Shown here piece after piece: positions 62,370 to 64,000 of a DNA stretch of 64,000 nucleotides (positions are counted from its first letter, which is position 1; every line of letters starts with the position of its first letter). Under the pieces are notes generated by a model, which was not told the origin of the DNA, searched no databases, and was given only the letters and a program-made list of their open reading frames with translations. The position numbers and the translations under genes are program-made. Source of the DNA: Chiloscyllium plagiosum (Eukaryota); NCBI RefSeq assembly GCF_004010195.1, contig NC_057718.1, positions 65,422,287 through 65,486,286 of the forward strand. Direction: 5' to 3'.

Positions 62370-63250
62370 AACAATTACAGTGACTATCCTGTCTGACACA
62401 AAAATAAGGTGGTGCAAGCATGGCTTACAAAAGAAACAATGGACAGTATTAGATTCAAGCGGATAAATATAATTGCCAGAAAAAGCAGCGATCCTGAGGA
62501 TTCACAGAATTTCAGAATTCAGCAAAAGAAGACAAAATGTTTCATCAAGATAGGAAAAGTACATGAGAGCAAAATTGCAGGAAACATAGAAATTGCCCAT
62601 AAAAGATTCTATAAATATTGCTAATGACAAATGTAGGTCCCTTACAATCAGAAGGTAGGCAAATAATAGGGAACAAAGAAATAACAGAAGGATTGAACAC
62701 CTACTTTGGTTTTATTTTCAATAAAGATGACACAAATAACTCCCCAGAGTGCTAGGGAATCAAGGGTCTAGTGAGAGGGCAGAACTAAAGGGAATCAATA
62801 TTAGTAAGAAAATTGTGCAAAAGAAATTTGTGGGCGGCATGGTGGCACAGTGGTTAGCACTGTTGCTGCACAGCGCCAGAGACCCGGGTTCAAATCCCGC
62901 CTCAGGTGACTGACTGTGTGGAGTTTGCACGTTCTCCCCGTGTCTGCGTGGGTTTCCTCCGGGTGCTCCGGTTTCCTCCCACAGCACCAAAAATGTGCAG
63001 GTCAGGTGAATTGGCCATGCTAAATTGCCCGTAGTGTTAGGTGCAAGGGTAAATGTAGGGGAATGGGTCTGGGTGGGTTGTGCTTCGGCGGGTCGGTGTG
63101 GACTTGTTGGGCCTGTTTCCACACTGTAAGTAATCTAATAAATTAATGGAATTAAAAGCTGACAAATCACCACAGCCTGATAGTCTACATGCTAGAGTAC
63201 AAAAGGAAGTAGACCTGAAAATATTGGATGTATTGGCAGTCATCATAGTT
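62370..63250 (+). mobile_element. Decayed CR1 ORF2 fragment
   Basis: AWLTKE, KRFYKY, LMELKADKSPQPDSLH. Confidence 0.8.
62832..63139 (+). mobile_element. HE1-like SINE inserted in CR1
   Basis: gggcggcatggtggcacagtgg, ggttcaaatcc, V core. Confidence 0.95.
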
Positions 63251-63582
63251 TAGGAGATAATTCTTTGCCAGAGAATATATGATCCATGGAACAAGTTGAC
63301 ATTTTTTGTTGTAAAACCTAATTTGCTGAATTCCTTCAAGTTTGATCTGGATCTGTCCTTACTAGGGGGAAATTATGACCTCACACAAAATTTAGATCCA
63401 TGAGTAAATTCCTAGTTTTGATCACCTAAATGCGTCCAAAAGGAATTTTCCAAATTTCAAACTCACACTAACTGGCATACTTTATTTTTGATGTTTGCAC
63501 ACCAAGAGATAGTTTTGTGACAATGGGTTGCTTTCCATTTATTAATGTCCCTAACAGCAGTGCTACAGAAAAAAGATAAGGT

Positions 63583-64000
63583 CAAAAGTCCCACAACACT
63601 AGGTTATAGTCCTGGCTATAACAGGTTTATTTGAAATCATAAGCTTTCCTAATGCTGCCCTTTTGTCAGGTGAAGAGAGCATAATGGCACAGAACTTATA
63701 ATCAGAGAGATCAAACATTCATACAACTGGTCTGAGTGGAGTGTCAACAGGCTGAATAATAGGACTCTGCAGAGGACCAAGAGTGTCAGATGGTGTGAGT
63801 AAAATGTCAACAGCTGAATAACAAGTGAAAGGATGCGCATACACATTATCTGCACAGATGAGGAGGAATGCTATGGTCACCTAAAGATGCTGAAAGAGGC
63901 TCTCATAAGAATGGGATATGATGTTCAACCCACTGATTGCCAGTTCCAATGTGCCACAGCAAAAAACCTCAACAACTTCCTCAGAAGACAGACACAGGAT
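63583..64000. mobile_element. Family B-related Penelope element: inverted 3' arm followed by RT thumb coding, running off the window
   Basis: 63583 to about 63835 resembles the family B 3' end on the minus strand; from about 63836 the plus strand reads RIHIICTDEEEC.GHLKMLKEALIRMGYD. Confidence 0.7.

Overview
Repeat-saturated vertebrate genomic DNA. HE1-type SINEs and HER1/CR1 LINEs point to an elasmobranch (shark). There are two assembly gaps, and no intact host protein-coding gene is recognisable, so the window looks intronic or intergenic. It is dominated by decayed CR1/HER1 LINE fragments and seven HE1-like tRNA SINEs. It also holds a Rex1/Babar LINE fragment, non-autonomous elements that appear to share the Rex1 3' tail, a Gypsy gag remnant and two Tigger-like MITEs. 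The most informative signal is a set of at least four Penelope-like (GIY-YIG) retroelement families. Their 3' ends carry minimal type I hammerhead ribozyme motifs (CUGANGA, stem II, GAAA, palindromic ACGU/AGCU stem III). They insert as asymmetric head-to-head palindromes, mostly with 12-16 bp target-site duplications (TSDs). In each family one arm stops about 33-39 nt short of the other, and there are 16-22 nt micro-insertions that stop at the same internal point. This suggests priming at two sites on the RNA, one internal and one terminal. Also noted: an unexplained perfect 42-bp inverted repeat and two candidate host exons. All family names come from pattern recognition, not database searches.
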